DNA of 63,671 nt, counting the filler, from Phoronis australis (lineage: Eukaryota; Animalia; Phoronida): the NCBI GenBank assembly GCA_002633005.1. It is 8 parts of 8 records of this genome, joined end to end, with 100 filler letters (N's around TTAATTAATTAA, not from the genome) between each part and the next. Parts side by side here need not be neighbours in the genome. Positions count along the whole stretch, not along the records: positions 1 to 29,236 come from NMRA01000069.1; positions 29,337 to 36,514 come from NMRA01002062.1; positions 36,615 to 43,253 come from NMRA01002135.1; 5 more parts are not named here. The stretch is one strand, 5' to 3'. Positions within the stretch are counted from its first letter, which is position 1. The number at the start of each line of letters is the position of its first letter. Made by a program: the position numbers and the translations under genes. Under the pieces are notes generated by a model. It was not told the DNA's origin. It saw only the letters and a program-made list of their open reading frames with translations, and searched no databases. Positions 26,501 to 38,556 of this stretch are shown here, piece after piece.

Positions 26501-28484
26501 ACTTGCTACATAGCTTAGACAACACAAAACATTAAATAAAAAAACTAAATACACAATACTCTACTAAGTGAATACCTGGATTCTTTCAATTGTATTTTTT
26601 AGCTGGAGATATTCAGCAATCTCTGAATAGACTTTATCACGTTGGTCCAGTATTGTTCTGAAAACATCACAGATGAAAAATACATGAACAGAGCTGCAAA
26701 ACATAAATCGAGGTATAAGGTACAGCAAACTGACAACATATGGCTCCAAACCCCCAGAGCTTCTTTCTTGAAACTGTTTTGTCATTTTGAGGTTCGCTAA
26801 AATTTAAGGAACTTAAGACAAACCAACCGTAAGCCCTATTGCGAATGATTTGCCTAGACCAAACTTACGCCAAGAACCGCAAGTTAGCCAGGTACAGAAT
26901 TGGTTTATGATCATTTTTTTGATTTAATTGATAAAAATAAGGTGTTCATGAATGAAATGTATTGATATTTTAGCTATGTTGTACAATCTAATGGCCCAAA
27001 CAAATCTAAATTGACAATCACCTACGTTCCATTTGAGAATGGGCAAAACACCATCGATACGGTGCAACTTACACACGCTTCAGGAGTGACATATCGCAGC
27101 TAAACCTATCTAGTACTTTCTCAGTACTGAGGAGGCAGTGTGGCCTCGTTGATAAGTGCCTGCTTTCTTTACTCGAGGTCGTGGGTTCGAGTCCCACAAG
27201 GTCACACTGCTAAACCCTTGAGCCAGGTTTCTAGCTCCTCAGCTCGGTTTTAACGATATATTAATAAAGCATAAAAATATTTCCAGGTGATCAGTGCAAT
27301 GGGCCCACATGCGAGGCCTGCGCACGTCTGGTACAACGTGTATCAGCCCATACCAAAAGACCATGTTTGCCACAAGCTTGCAGCAAGCATGCCACAAGCT
27401 TGCGGCAAACAATTTTATTTGCGGCAAACAATTTTGTTTGCAGCAAACCAGCTGCAAGGTTTGCAGGAGTTTGCCGCTACCCGCAACTCAGCCGCACACA
27501 TTGCCCCCTGCAATTATTTTTTATTTTCATATTCTCAGTTTAACGAAGATTTCATTAGAACTTATGACTCCCATGCAATGTTGCAAATACATAGACATTC
27601 AGAGTTCATAAACTACGAATATTATTTGGATGTCACATATTGTCCCGCTAAGAATGCAACAGGTAGTGAAAGTGTAGCAAAATTCTGTGTCAGAAGTTAT
27701 ATTATACTTCTGTGACAGTGGGCAAAGCCGGACCTTGTTTTGGTCTTAAAGACCAAATTAAGGTCACTTCCGGAGTAGACGACGAGTAATTAATTAAATT
27801 ACAAAAAGTAGTAAATAAGTGAAAAATATGTCAGGGATAATCAACGCACCTTATTTTTGCTAAAAATGACATGAAAAAAGGTTGTTGTCTTCGCCTTTAA
27901 CTTTGCCAAAGGTTATATTTAACTTAGACAATTTTGTTGTCATAAGACCCACGTCACTTGTCATGAGACATCGTTTGAAACAGTTTCAGGTGCATGAAGT
28001 ACAGTCCGATAAAGCTTCTTCATGCAATTTGCCAAGCGCAAGTGCCCTCTCAAAATTAGGGTGTCTTAGCTGAATAGTTTGGATGTTTTTACCTCTTATG
28101 CTGGAAACCCAGCTTCAAATCTTGGTGTTGACAGATTTTTCAACATGAATGGTCAGTAAGTTGCAGCACAGTACCACCATCTGAACTGTGTCAGCACAGT
28201 TGCCATCTACGCCGAAAGGCGGCAGCACAGACAGGGGACCGGTCTAGTAGTGAACTGTTGAGGCCGAAGCCGAAGGCCTGAAGCTGAACTGCTGAATTGA
28301 ATCTTTAAAAATCGTGGTCTTGAGACCTTATAAGGAAAAATAGTCGCGTAAAACAAATTTCAAAAATCACACAAAATATTCATGCGACACCGTTAGTTTG
28401 AAGAACTTACTGTAGGTCTCTTTTCAGTCTTTCGTTTATAAATGCTTCGTACTCTTCCACCTTTTGCGGGACAACATTCGCCAT
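20536..28484 (-). CDS. UXT: UXT, prefoldin alpha-like subunit (5 exons, complete)
   Basis: Exons 28484-28411 (MANVVPQKVEEYEAFINERLKRDL), 26657-26576 (DKVYSEIAEYLQLKNTIE), 25874-25801 (KTRIDLGCNFYVNA), 25362-25191 (IYVHVGYGFYPELTLPEALQFI...KAHIRLVLE) and 20601-20536 (GLKEIQNI...*). Phases consistent. Confidence 0.95.
21755..23765 (+). pseudogene. Degenerate spliced SAP-domain plus YqaJ/lambda-exonuclease-like gene (transposon accessory relic)
   Basis: LRLRKKGASMRGSKHDLIQR|gtaagg (SAP-like). Acceptors at 22273 and 23259. HTPAVLHGTMCKSVALEKCESQY*VTIRQCASGVSVYPDELYLTATQISLVG (YqaJ-like) and KLDLFYKRF. Contains stops and frameshifts. Confidence 0.55.
27129..27525 (+). mobile_element. tRNA-derived SINE, interrupted near its 3' end
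   Basis: A-box TGGCCTCGTTG and B-box GGTTCGAGTCC. Near-identical inverted copy at 56009-56253. About 155 bp of foreign sequence before the CCTGCAATTATT tail. Confidence 0.8.
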
Positions 28485-28673
28485 TTTGGATTAATAGGGA
28501 ATTCCGGGGAAACCCCTTACTGCAGAAATCTGTATAATTTTTTAAATGTCACTGAAACTCAGTTTCTTCTATTAATAATTCACACTCAAGGGTGGGAACA
28601 TTTTAAATTGCAGAAAATTTGAAAACGTGATGGAAACGAACATTTTTCACCACAAGAGGGCGAAAAAGGCAAG
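28485..28673. promoter_or_regulatory. Bidirectional promoter between UXT and EMC3
   Basis: Only 189 bp between divergent ATGs. Both starts sit in AA(A/G)ATGGCG (YY1-like) contexts. Confidence 0.7.
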
Positions 28674-28822
28674 ATGGCGGAATTATTATTAGATTCGGAT
28701 ATTAGGGTTTGGGTTTTTCTCCCAATAGTAATAATTACGTTCTTGGTAGGAATAATCCGGCATTACATAACAATACTTTTAACGTCAGACAAGAATGTAG
28801 AGCTTCAACAGATCAAAGATAG
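28674..28822 (+). CDS. EMC3: ER membrane protein complex subunit 3, exon 1 only
   Basis: [49 protein letters not shown] then a gtaagg donor. Matches the EMC3/TMEM111 N-terminus. No later exons found beyond the assembly join. Confidence 0.92.
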
Positions 28823-29236
28823 GTAAGGTGGTAGCAAAGAATCAGAATAAGGCATGCCTTTTTCTCTGTCCACACTCCACAGGCACAGCCACAGGTAGGG
28901 AGGACAATCAAAAAGTAGGTCACGGTGCTCCATATCTGCCTCCGTGTAAAACCCACATCGGTAAATTACCCGATTTCAGACTTCAAAGTTAACTATAAGA
29001 CAATTTTGTGTTATGAATCGTTACCTTAGTCTTTATTTGTAAGTTTGTAATCTTTTTGTCTCAAATTAGCGCTGATAAATCATTTTTTCTAAGCTTTTTT
29101 TAGCGCACGATTTTCCGCCATGCGATCAACTTTCGAAAAAGTACCTCTTGTTCCTCCTATCCAAAAGAGCACTATACTCTCAAATACAAACATGAAATTT
29201 GGACAGGATGTAGTTTAGATGCGTGCGCATCTCCTC

Positions 29237-29336
29237 NNNNNNNNNNNNNNNNNNNNNNNNNNNNNNNNNNNNNNNNNNNNTTAATTAATTAANNNNNNNN
29301 NNNNNNNNNNNNNNNNNNNNNNNNNNNNNNNNNNNN
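29237..29336. other. Artificial contig-join spacer (N44-TTAATTAATTAA-N44)
   Basis: The same 100-bp structure is at 36515, 43254, 46751, 50362, 53516 and 59830. Confidence 0.97.
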
Positions 29337-29999
29337 ATTGAGGTACATTGAGGGGAAGTTCCAAGACACAATCAGTGTAAGTCAATGTTCTTTCACAGAC
29401 ACCCTGATTTTCGATTTTATAAACAAAGAAATATGCTTAAATGGCAAAGACATACAATTCTGTTTTTTTCTGTTTTTTTTTAATTAGGAAATTCTCTTTT
29501 ATTATCTCAAATTAATTATTAATTGAAAAATATTCTGAGAATTCCCTGATCCTCTTTCCCCGACACTTAATATGCTGTTTCTGCAATCGACCAATAAGCG
29601 TATATACATCATGTCTATTGTGTCTCAAAACGACAGAAGGAACCAGCAGTTGCTTTTACATGTCCACTGCAAAACGATCATCAATCAGTTTACGGCCAAA
29701 CTTAGTTTCAGGAAACAAATGTCATGTATTGTACAATTTTTTTTTTGTACACCAAACATGTCAGAACTAATGGTGTCTGCCACCAAATGGGAGTTCCATT
29801 TAAGACGTGTTATTCCATAGAACTAGTCTGATTACATTCATTCTGACCATTTTCAGGGAAAATCATGATCTATACATTTAAGATATTCATAATTCTGTCC
29901 AAAAACAAACTTTAAACTTTCTTTCCTGATTTACTGCGTCAAATATCAAATATTGAAATTATCTTCATTAAATGAACATTATTGCTTTAACGGCAATAC

Positions 30000-30760
30000 C
30001 TAATAATACCTGTCACGGACAGGATCACTGGGGATATGCTGGTGCATTATCCCCTCCCCAGACCATCCCCATGACAGCAGAAGGCGCAGAACTCCAGGGC
30101 GGACGTTGCCTGTAAGCATTTGATTTGACAGCACTCGGTCACGGCTCTTCTTGTGACTCTTTGCAGCATGGCCATAAATAATACCGGCTTCGAGCAGTCG
30201 GCTACCATCATTGAACTCAGCCAGTTGGGATGCAGTCTTCTCGAGGTTGCGTTTGCTGGCCAGCAGCTTAACGTCAGCCGAATATAAGTAGAGGGGTTGA
30301 TTGGTGGTGCATGAACCGGCGAGGTAATTTGCAGATTGAACTGCCATGGAATCGGTGGCAAAGATAATGGTGTGATTCTCCGGGTCTAGGAGTGACAGCT
30401 TGGTTAGGGCACGTTGTATAGCCTCAAACTCCATCCGCGTACTGCTTGTGTATACATGGTGGCAGCCACTACCTTCCGCAATGACGTTGTTAGCACAGCG
30501 TATTTGATAACCCCATCCCGCACGATTAGTTTCNCCATCAAAGGATCCATCTGTTGCTACAATGATGGCATTAATACCGCCAACATCACACCACTGCTGA
30601 CGGTGCAATGCTTTGGCTACTGCAGGAGGTTTTTCCCAAGCTTCCCTGTTGAAAGCAATGGTGACATTCGGTCTCTCACCGAGTTCTTGTACTGGCAGCC
30701 AAGCAGCATTTTGTGCGATCATGTGTTCGCCGATGAGGCCCATAGTTGCGTTTACAGCAG
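30000..30760 (-). mobile_element. Non-LTR retrotransposon RNase H region, degenerate
   Basis: IIVATDGS...AGWG...STRMEFEAIQRAL...IIFATDS: the RNase H D-E-D pattern of LINE type. Confidence 0.75.
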
Positions 30761-31759
30761 CAACAGTCCAGGAGTAATCTTTGAGTCGTTGAGCGATCTG
30801 GGTAAACTATTGTCAATGATTACAACTCATACCTGTTACGTACCAACTTTTTGTTGAGTTGCCTGAAACCCTTAGAAACTGCGAGTTAGTAGTAAGGTCT
30901 TTTCCATTTTTGGTGCAATTAACAGAAAAGTGTCGCCTGTCTTGAGGTCGTACATGATATGATAAAGTGAATCTAATTTCAGTTGTACACCTAGAAAGTG
31001 ACCAAAATCAGAAGCAATTTCTTTTTAGGATATTGAAGACAACAAATAGCACTGAAAAGGAGAAATTTATATCGACTTCATTGCAGTCAAAGTAAAAATT
31101 CAGGGACAGGTGATCTTGATTAGCTTACCTTCATTGACATGTTGTGTTTGCTTCTGTGAGTTCTTATCTCATCACTGTTTTGTTTTGGAGTTGATTTTTG
31201 TTCCAAGTAGTTAACCAGTACCCTTGTCTGGACCAATGTTCTCCTACGAACCTAATTATGATGTAAGCCCCCTCTTTGATGCTCGGAGTCTGCAGTATTT
31301 TCCTCATCCTGAGTTAAGATCATGACTGTTCACCTTAGCACCTGTCTCCGAATTTTCCAACCTTTCATTTATATTTTCCCGCGCTTGACTCAACACCCGT
31401 CCCTATTTTATCCATCTAGTCTACCCTCTATGTGACTGAAATTTTTACTGTCGGTGTATGTTTGATTACTCCTGTCTTGGGTGAAGTTTATGTCCCAAAA
31501 TTTAAGAAACTTGTTTGCCTTTGAATAACGATGACTACAGTTTGACTTTCGTCAGGACCTTGTCTTTGACGGACAAGAATTTACCCATACTCTTCTGCAA
31601 TGTTTTATTTGTCACACATGTTACTCCCTGGTCGTTTACAATCATTCGGGCAAACGGCCACCCATGACTTTTATGAAAATCGATTTTAAATACCCATGCT
31701 CGTTCTGGTGCCTACCCCTGAGTTTTTAGTTCCGTTATTTAGACAATAGTCACTTACAA

Positions 31760-31879
31760 AATTTCCCGCTTTTCTTTATCAGTTTGATACCTGTCATGCA
31801 ATGATGAGAACATTCGACCAATTTCCCAATTTTCTTTATCAGTTTGATACCTGTCATGCAGTGATGAGAACATTCGACC
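31760..31879. repeat. About 60-bp tandem duplication
   Basis: TTTTCTTTATCAGTTTGATACCTGTCATGCA(A/G)TGATGAGAACATTCGACC occurs twice. Confidence 0.9.
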
Positions 31880-31986
31880 TCTGTAAGTGACTATTCCCCA
31901 ATTTCAGTGCCCCGGGCATTAAACCCCATGAGTGCGTTCATAGTTTTGTACCACTTCTGAGGTGCTCTTAAATTGGTATGTTTCAG

Positions 31987-34325
31987 AAGGCTCCGTTCAA
32001 CCTGCGCAGAATTTCAGCTTTGCCAGAAACTCGCTATCTCCATTAATTCAGGATGTCCGTGATGACTTTGATTGGTCCATTGGTTCTGGTCAAACTCCTA
32101 CTGCAAGCACTGGTCCACGTTTGGCACATGGTTGCGTGTCGACCTCTTGCTTCAACAAGTACTACGCATTTATCGAGTCTAGCCTGGCCACAGATGGTGT
32201 TGGTTCGGTATGTAAAGTTATTGTGCAGATTCAACAAACAATTATAATTATGTCTAAGGGCTGTTCCAGTAAAATCTGTATGGGAGGGGGGGGAAGGCAC
32301 CTTTTTTTCGCACCCACCACCCATATTTTTCATTTATTTCTTCAGCCTACCACCCGTAATTTTTTATAAGTTTGAAATGCAACCACCCGTAATTTTTTTT
32401 TTGTTCTTGTGGTTGACTGCACAGGCGCTTGATTTTATCTGTTCCTCCATCACTACTAACGTCATTCATTACTAAGAAAACATATGTTTCTTATATATGG
32501 TTATTAGCCATCGAGAAATTCGAGCACTTGTGGTTAAATGGTGTTATGGGCATGCCGATGAGGAGATCGGAGGGAGTGAAAAAGTCGGAGCTTTTTGCAA
32601 GTTGCATTTTTGTTTCAGTTTTTGATTCTGTGCGGATTGTTTATAAAATTTACTAAAATTACCCACCATCAAACATTTATGGCCCAATGAAACAACAACG
32701 AGCTGTAAATTTTTATTTTTTTGAAGTGCGACCACCAGCCATTTTGAATTTAAATCAAACGCAACCACCCATAAATTTTTATTTCAGTTGCCTTCCCCCC
32801 CCTCTCACACAGATTTTGCTGGAACAGCCCTAACTATAAGTGTTTGGAAGACCAAATATTTCTTTTAGAGCATACCATAAAGTTCCACCAATTTTGGACA
32901 AATATAATTGCCAAAATTGCATTGTTTTCAAATGCCCGAATTCTTTAAAGTGATTTGTGTTGAATGTGGCAAAGTGATACTAAAAAATAGCATTTCATGG
33001 AGTGTCTTCCACGTTATGTCCTAAATTTGTGAGATGTTACTGTAATAGGGAGCCTATGACACAAGTGATACTGGCGTTCATGATCAACGTTTCAGTTTTA
33101 ATAACTTCATCATCAGGTATGAGTCATTCGTTACGTCACTTCACAACAACAATCAATTTTACATCAAAGTGCATAATACAATCAACTAGTAAAGAGACAT
33201 CCAGTGAAATGAACTCAACAATCAACTACCATAACTGCAGGTTGAAAGCCCCTATGTCCCTATTCAAGCCCCTATGTCCCTATTCAAGCTATGCTTAGCA
33301 TGCAGCTCATTTCATTGGTGTATAAGGCTTCACCGATGAACAAGTTGGTTCTATCATATGGTGGTCTCATCATTAAAAGCTATGCAGTGGTTTGATTCTA
33401 CTGAGGCACTGCTGGCATCTTTGGAATGTTGGGTTATTCTGTTCTTAAGAATCCTCGTTGTCATGCCAACGTACCTATCGATAATGTAAATCATGTAACA
33501 CTTCATCCATATCACTTGGATTTGTTTCACTACCTCAATTGCCCTCTGTGGTTAAAGTTAAAAACTAGGAGACTTCTTAATGAGTCATGCGGTAAGTGTC
33601 CTGTCACGTCTTAACACAGTTATGAAACAGGCTGCGGCTTGCAGAAATGATCACCTTTGGTCAGAAGCGATGCTGTCCTTGGGATTCTTGCTCAGAATAT
33701 AACAAATTTCTCCAACCTGTATATGGTCCTCACTTGATTGTAAATTTTATTTGTGACAAAATTCTTATGAACATGAATGCATGCAAGAATGAAACAATTA
33801 TTTCGTTGTGACACGTGCTATTAAAGAGGACTGGTTTGTGGTTGTGCAGCACTCTCGAAAACTGTCCAAATTTGGCCAAATACTGGACATCATATCTCAG
33901 AAACAGCAAATTGTCTTCCTTTGAATCTTACAGACACTATGCACTTTTAGGAATTGTTTTTCAAATGAACCCGGTTATGTAAACGGGCTAGAGCCTTATG
34001 ACTTTTACAAAAAACTCAGGAGTAGCAAATACTGTGATCATCACATCTCACTGTGTGCACTAGATGTTTTTGACTAAGTTATGTGGTTTTCAACTTGCAG
34101 AGAAACGTTGGCGACCGAGCTCTCATGTATACGCCGTATCGATATCAATCATCCTCGCGCTGTTTACGTGTATCTTTGTGGTTTCACACATTTGGTGTCA
34201 GTTTGGGCAGACTGAAAGTTGTGCATCGAAGTGTGTCGACCTCATGGCAGCCAGTCTGGGATAAACCGAGTTCAAGCATCAACTTTTGGCGATACATGCA
34301 AGTGGATATTGACGCTGCGGAACCC
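31987..34325 (+). CDS. MAM-domain protein, two internal exons
   Basis: Exon 31987-32207 (QDVRDDFDWSIGSGQTPTASTGP...YYAFIESS) splices in phase 0 to 34101-34325 (GDRALMYTP...CLRVSLWFHTFGVSLGRLKV...VW...FWRYMQVDI). These are MAM motifs. Confidence 0.8.
32258..32830. mobile_element. Tourist-like (PIF/Harbinger) MITE, 573 bp
   Basis: TIRs GGGCTGTTCCAG(T/C)AAAATCTGT. TAA target-site duplication on both sides (32255-32257 and 32831-32833). Confidence 0.85.
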
Positions 34326-37300
34326 GTAAGTAGTGTTTGTTGTGGTCATCTGTAGTTAAGCTCCACCATGCTATAAACATTCTTACTAAATAAGATTGGC
34401 CCAAACTCCGCCTATCAGGGTAAACGGTGGGGTTTGGCAGATTGAACTAGACCGTATTTATCCACCTTGGCTGAGTCGCGCTCAGCTCACGATCAAAGGG
34501 ATGCTGCCAAGCTGCTCTATTCATTGAGTCACGAGCGAGGATAATTGGCTTCCCTCATGCGGATATGATCAGCTGATTACAATCTAGCCTAGCAGACTGT
34601 ACTTTTTATGAAGAGAGTTTTACGTAGTTTTTACTGTAATATTTGAAAAGAGGAGCGAAAACAAATATGAGTACAACTTTGAATTTTTCAAATCGCCCCA
34701 GGATAAGAGATTTTGCAACACAGCAACACTCACGATTACTTTCATTCGGCACGCATGAATACAAAAATATAGGACCCAAGTTATTTAGATTTTGGAACAC
34801 ATGCATTGCAATATTCAAAATACGTTTATTATGAATCTTACAAGCTGTAAAACGACGTTGTTTAATTTCATTGTGCTCATTCATTGTCATCCGTCAAATC
34901 AGAAATTTCCAAGATGTGATCTGCGGCATGCGCATATGTGTACAAAACACGCGGTTGTTATGTTCCTGAAATACGAACATAAAGAAACTTTAGCATGCCG
35001 TTATATTATTGACAGGGACACGATAAAACGAATTTGGATTTTGACTGTAGTCTTGATACAGCGAGCTGGCTGACCACTGCGTCAGTCTCTCCGTTAGTCC
35101 CAGAAATTTCACACAGCCCGGGTAGTTCACTTCGTCCCCAACATGTAGATCGAGCCTTGGACTATTAATACTACACGGCAGAGCTAACGACAGTCGGCCT
35201 GTGCATACAAAATTAGTGAGTTAACCAGCACTCACCTTGCACGTCTTGCAGCCGTTTAAGTGAAAAAACAATCTAATAAACGCCATTTTCTTGCATAATC
35301 CTCCGCCTTTTGGAACCAAAAAGTCTGTAGTCGATGACCTGCACGAGCTCGCTCACTCACTCTCATACTCAGACGAACTTCAAAACAAACGTCACGTGAC
35401 AACAACACTTGTGTTCATCCAGAGATTTTTCTCATGTTGTGGGGTACGATGTAGCGCAGATTTGGGCTTAATCGCAATTAATCTAGACTCCACATGAACT
35501 TTGAAAATCGTAAAACATAAGGAAGATTTCAGGTAATTTGTTGAGTCGAAACTATATTCTTATTCAAGAGTACAAGTTTTCCTATTGACGATGGCGATTC
35601 AGCGACAGTACCAGTAGGCAAGTTTTCACCCTGGGATTTCAGCACAATTTTTTGAAAAGCGATCGTGATTTAACAACGGAGTTTGATAGCAATGCACCAC
35701 AATTTTGTAGAAAGACTCTCATAGGCTACAAAAACGTCACAGAGCGTAAATTTGATGAATCCTAGCTTCCGATTTTACCCGTTTCGGAAACCGGGTTTCA
35801 ACTGCCGTAGGCTACAATAAGCATCCCCTCCCTGTGAAATGAATTTTTCTAAGCGTTTATTAGAGCCAATACAGTATACAGCTTTCCACCAAGGCTAGGT
35901 GATGCTAGGGCATTATTCTTTGTTGCATTAGTAACTGGTCTTGGCTAATTATCATTTTATGGCCTGGTCATCCATTCAGCCAAAAGTAGTTCCATAGGTG
36001 GCTTATCAGCCAATTATTCACGCATGCTGACTCACAATAGAAGCCTGATAAGAGTGAAGGTGGATAAATGCAGTGTTCCTACAGTTTCTTGTGGTAGTGG
36101 ATGTGTTCACAACATGCCGTTTGAGAGTTGAGGAAGGCTTCAAAGTCATTAAGTCAGCCGAGGTTAATGAAGTGGATTTTTAGAAAAATATAAAACAAGG
36201 TGAAGTTTTTGTCCCACTTTTGGCAAGGTCATGCTGCTAAGTAAACGTGTTTTTGTCTAACGGTAATCCTCCAGAGATCATGGTGGTTGTCTAGTATGTG
36301 AACGGCTAAAAAAAGATGACATAATTTTGTTTCACTTCGCGTGCTATGTAAGTTCGTAAATTCCCAAGTTGACTTTCATTCTCAATCCCTCAAGGATGAC
36401 GAGGTACTCATAATTTAATGAAAATGGTTCTAAAGTGATTTACGGTAAAGTCGCGTGATTTTCGGACACTGAAAATTAATTCCAATAGAAAAAATTCATT
36501 CTTGGACGAATCTCNNNNNNNNNNNNNNNNNNNNNNNNNNNNNNNNNNNNNNNNNNNNTTAATTAATTAANNNNNNNNNNNNNNNNNNNNNNNNNNNNNN
36601 NNNNNNNNNNNNNNAATTGTTTTCGAGTACGGATCGTGTATTAGTTATGGGGTAGGTACTTCTTGGATCCTTATAACATCTTCTAATCATGTAATAAGGG
36701 TTAACAACGCGTGAGACAAGGACTTTAAGCGCTTGTGATACTCATTAGCATAACATTAAGCAAAAGTGCTAATATCCTGACCGATCAAGTGCGATCACCT
36801 TGGGCAAACAGAGCCAAATAGAAGTTACATGAGAAAGCAGATCAGCCGACACAAGAGGTGCAGATGATACAAAGGGAGCTCAGATGTCTGTCAAACATTC
36901 ATTAGTGAAATTTTTACAGATCTGCTTTCTGAATAGATGACCTGTGTATAATACATATGAACTGAAACACTAAAGGTTTGCCTGAACTCCACCGCTGTGA
37001 TTCATACTAAATTTCTTCGTGACTGCACATATTTCAATTTTTTTAACATTACTCTAGCCAAAGATGTCACTGCACCTCAATTCCTATCTCACAGTTCATA
37101 CCCCTTGTAGCTACTCTATACAAATTCAGACAACAAGTACTTAATATGTAAACAAATACCATACCAATCATTCACAAAATACCTACAAGTTTGTTTTTAG
37201 AAGTAAGAACTTCCAATTGGCACCAGGAATTTTGAGTCATCTGAGTACAGAACGATTGGATACCTGCGTTACAGCAGCGTGCATTCTAAATCGAAAATTT

Positions 37301-37388
37301 GTTTATATGCTAGAATGCTGTTTTACACAGCTTTCAGCTAAGATACGACTTGAGTGCGTCCAAGTTACACGAGTTCTATTCTACTCAC

Positions 37389-38556
37389 CATAGCGGTGAT
37401 CCAGCAGTGGGTTAGACATGTTGGGTACATAACCGGATGGAGGAGAGTAGTCCTGACACACCACAAACGACTCTGAAAAAGTAGCGTGAATAGAAATAAA
37501 TGTTGTTGAGATGTGAGGATAAATTTGATAAGCACGTATGTGATTACAAATCACTACTTACAGTAAAAACCCTTCAGTTAAGGGCCCAATATGGCACACA
37601 AGAGAATTTTGTTTCATCAAATGTCTCAGCAAAAATGAACAGTACAAAAATCTTACATTTTGTAAGCATGGCTTTTGCAGTTAACTTAAAAAAATGGAAA
37701 GGGCAATTTCAGCAACTGATTTTGTATAAACTGAAGCACTTTTGTCATATTCAAATCCTAATAGGAATTCCTCCGCTCAATTACGAGTAGCGCCATGCCG
37801 TTTGCAATGAATTCAAATATGTCTGTCTGCAGTTAGTTGTCACTTGAGTTTCCGCACGAAAGGGAGTAGAACACAATAATACAGCTGGTTGTCCAGATAT
37901 CTGAGGTCTGTTGCATGAAAAGTGACTTGATAGACAGAAAGTTGGTCTTACACTCCCACTTCCCAATTGGTGAATAAAATTTTAGTCAAGTTATTTCAAT
38001 CATATCACAGTCTAGAAATAATTTATGAAAATTATCTCAGCAATTAGCACTTAAGTCAATATTCTCAGAAACTTCGCATTCTTGCTAAAGTGACTTTCAA
38101 TTGTTTTCCAGATATAGTTGTGTGGAGTGTAACACACGGTCTTCAGTCAATTTTCATGGAACAGAACACCATATGAATTTGGAGGGTTTGCAACCAAAAG
38201 TTATTTTTACACAAAGCATAGCAGTGGCGGATTTAGGGGGGGAGGACCATGGGCCCCCCTAAAATTCTCCCGGATACCATTTGGAAGTTCGGGGTGAGAA
38301 TTGCCGAGTAGCATACGCACGCACCCAGGGGGTTCGGGGGGCGAATGCTCAATGCATAAGCCTTGAATAAACCCCGTAACCTTTTTTGTCACAAGGTTCG
38401 CAAACCCAAAAATTTGAGACCCCTGGATCCCTCATTACATGAATTTGACCTACCTATACTAGAATTTCTGCTACTCCTGGGCTTGGCTATGGTGACGAGG
38501 GGAAAGAATATTTTCAACTGTGAGTACAACAATGTCACGTCTTTACCGCGGAAAAT
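37389..38556 (-). CDS. FTSJ1: tRNA 2'-O-methyltransferase FTSJ1/TRM7, two internal exons
   Basis: 38556-38454 ([35 protein letters not shown]) spliced to 37472-37389 ([27 protein letters not shown]). Confidence 0.93.
38221..38430. mobile_element. MITE fragment (CAGTGGCGGATTTAG family)
   Basis: Begins GCAGTGGCGGATTTAGGGGG. Homologous to 16484-16636 and 49563-49760. Confidence 0.55.

Noticed and set aside
27133-27205. tRNA gene
   Set aside because: A and B boxes are present but there is no convincing cloverleaf. It continues into a shared body, and the other copy has a TSD, so it is a SINE.
29281-29292. TTAATTAATTAA as a biological motif
   Set aside because: It is always centred in exactly 44+44 N, so it is an assembly linker.
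35242-35300. Minus-strand first exon (MAFIRLFFHLNGCKTCK|gtgagt)
   Set aside because: Good donor, but no compatible downstream exon or homology found.
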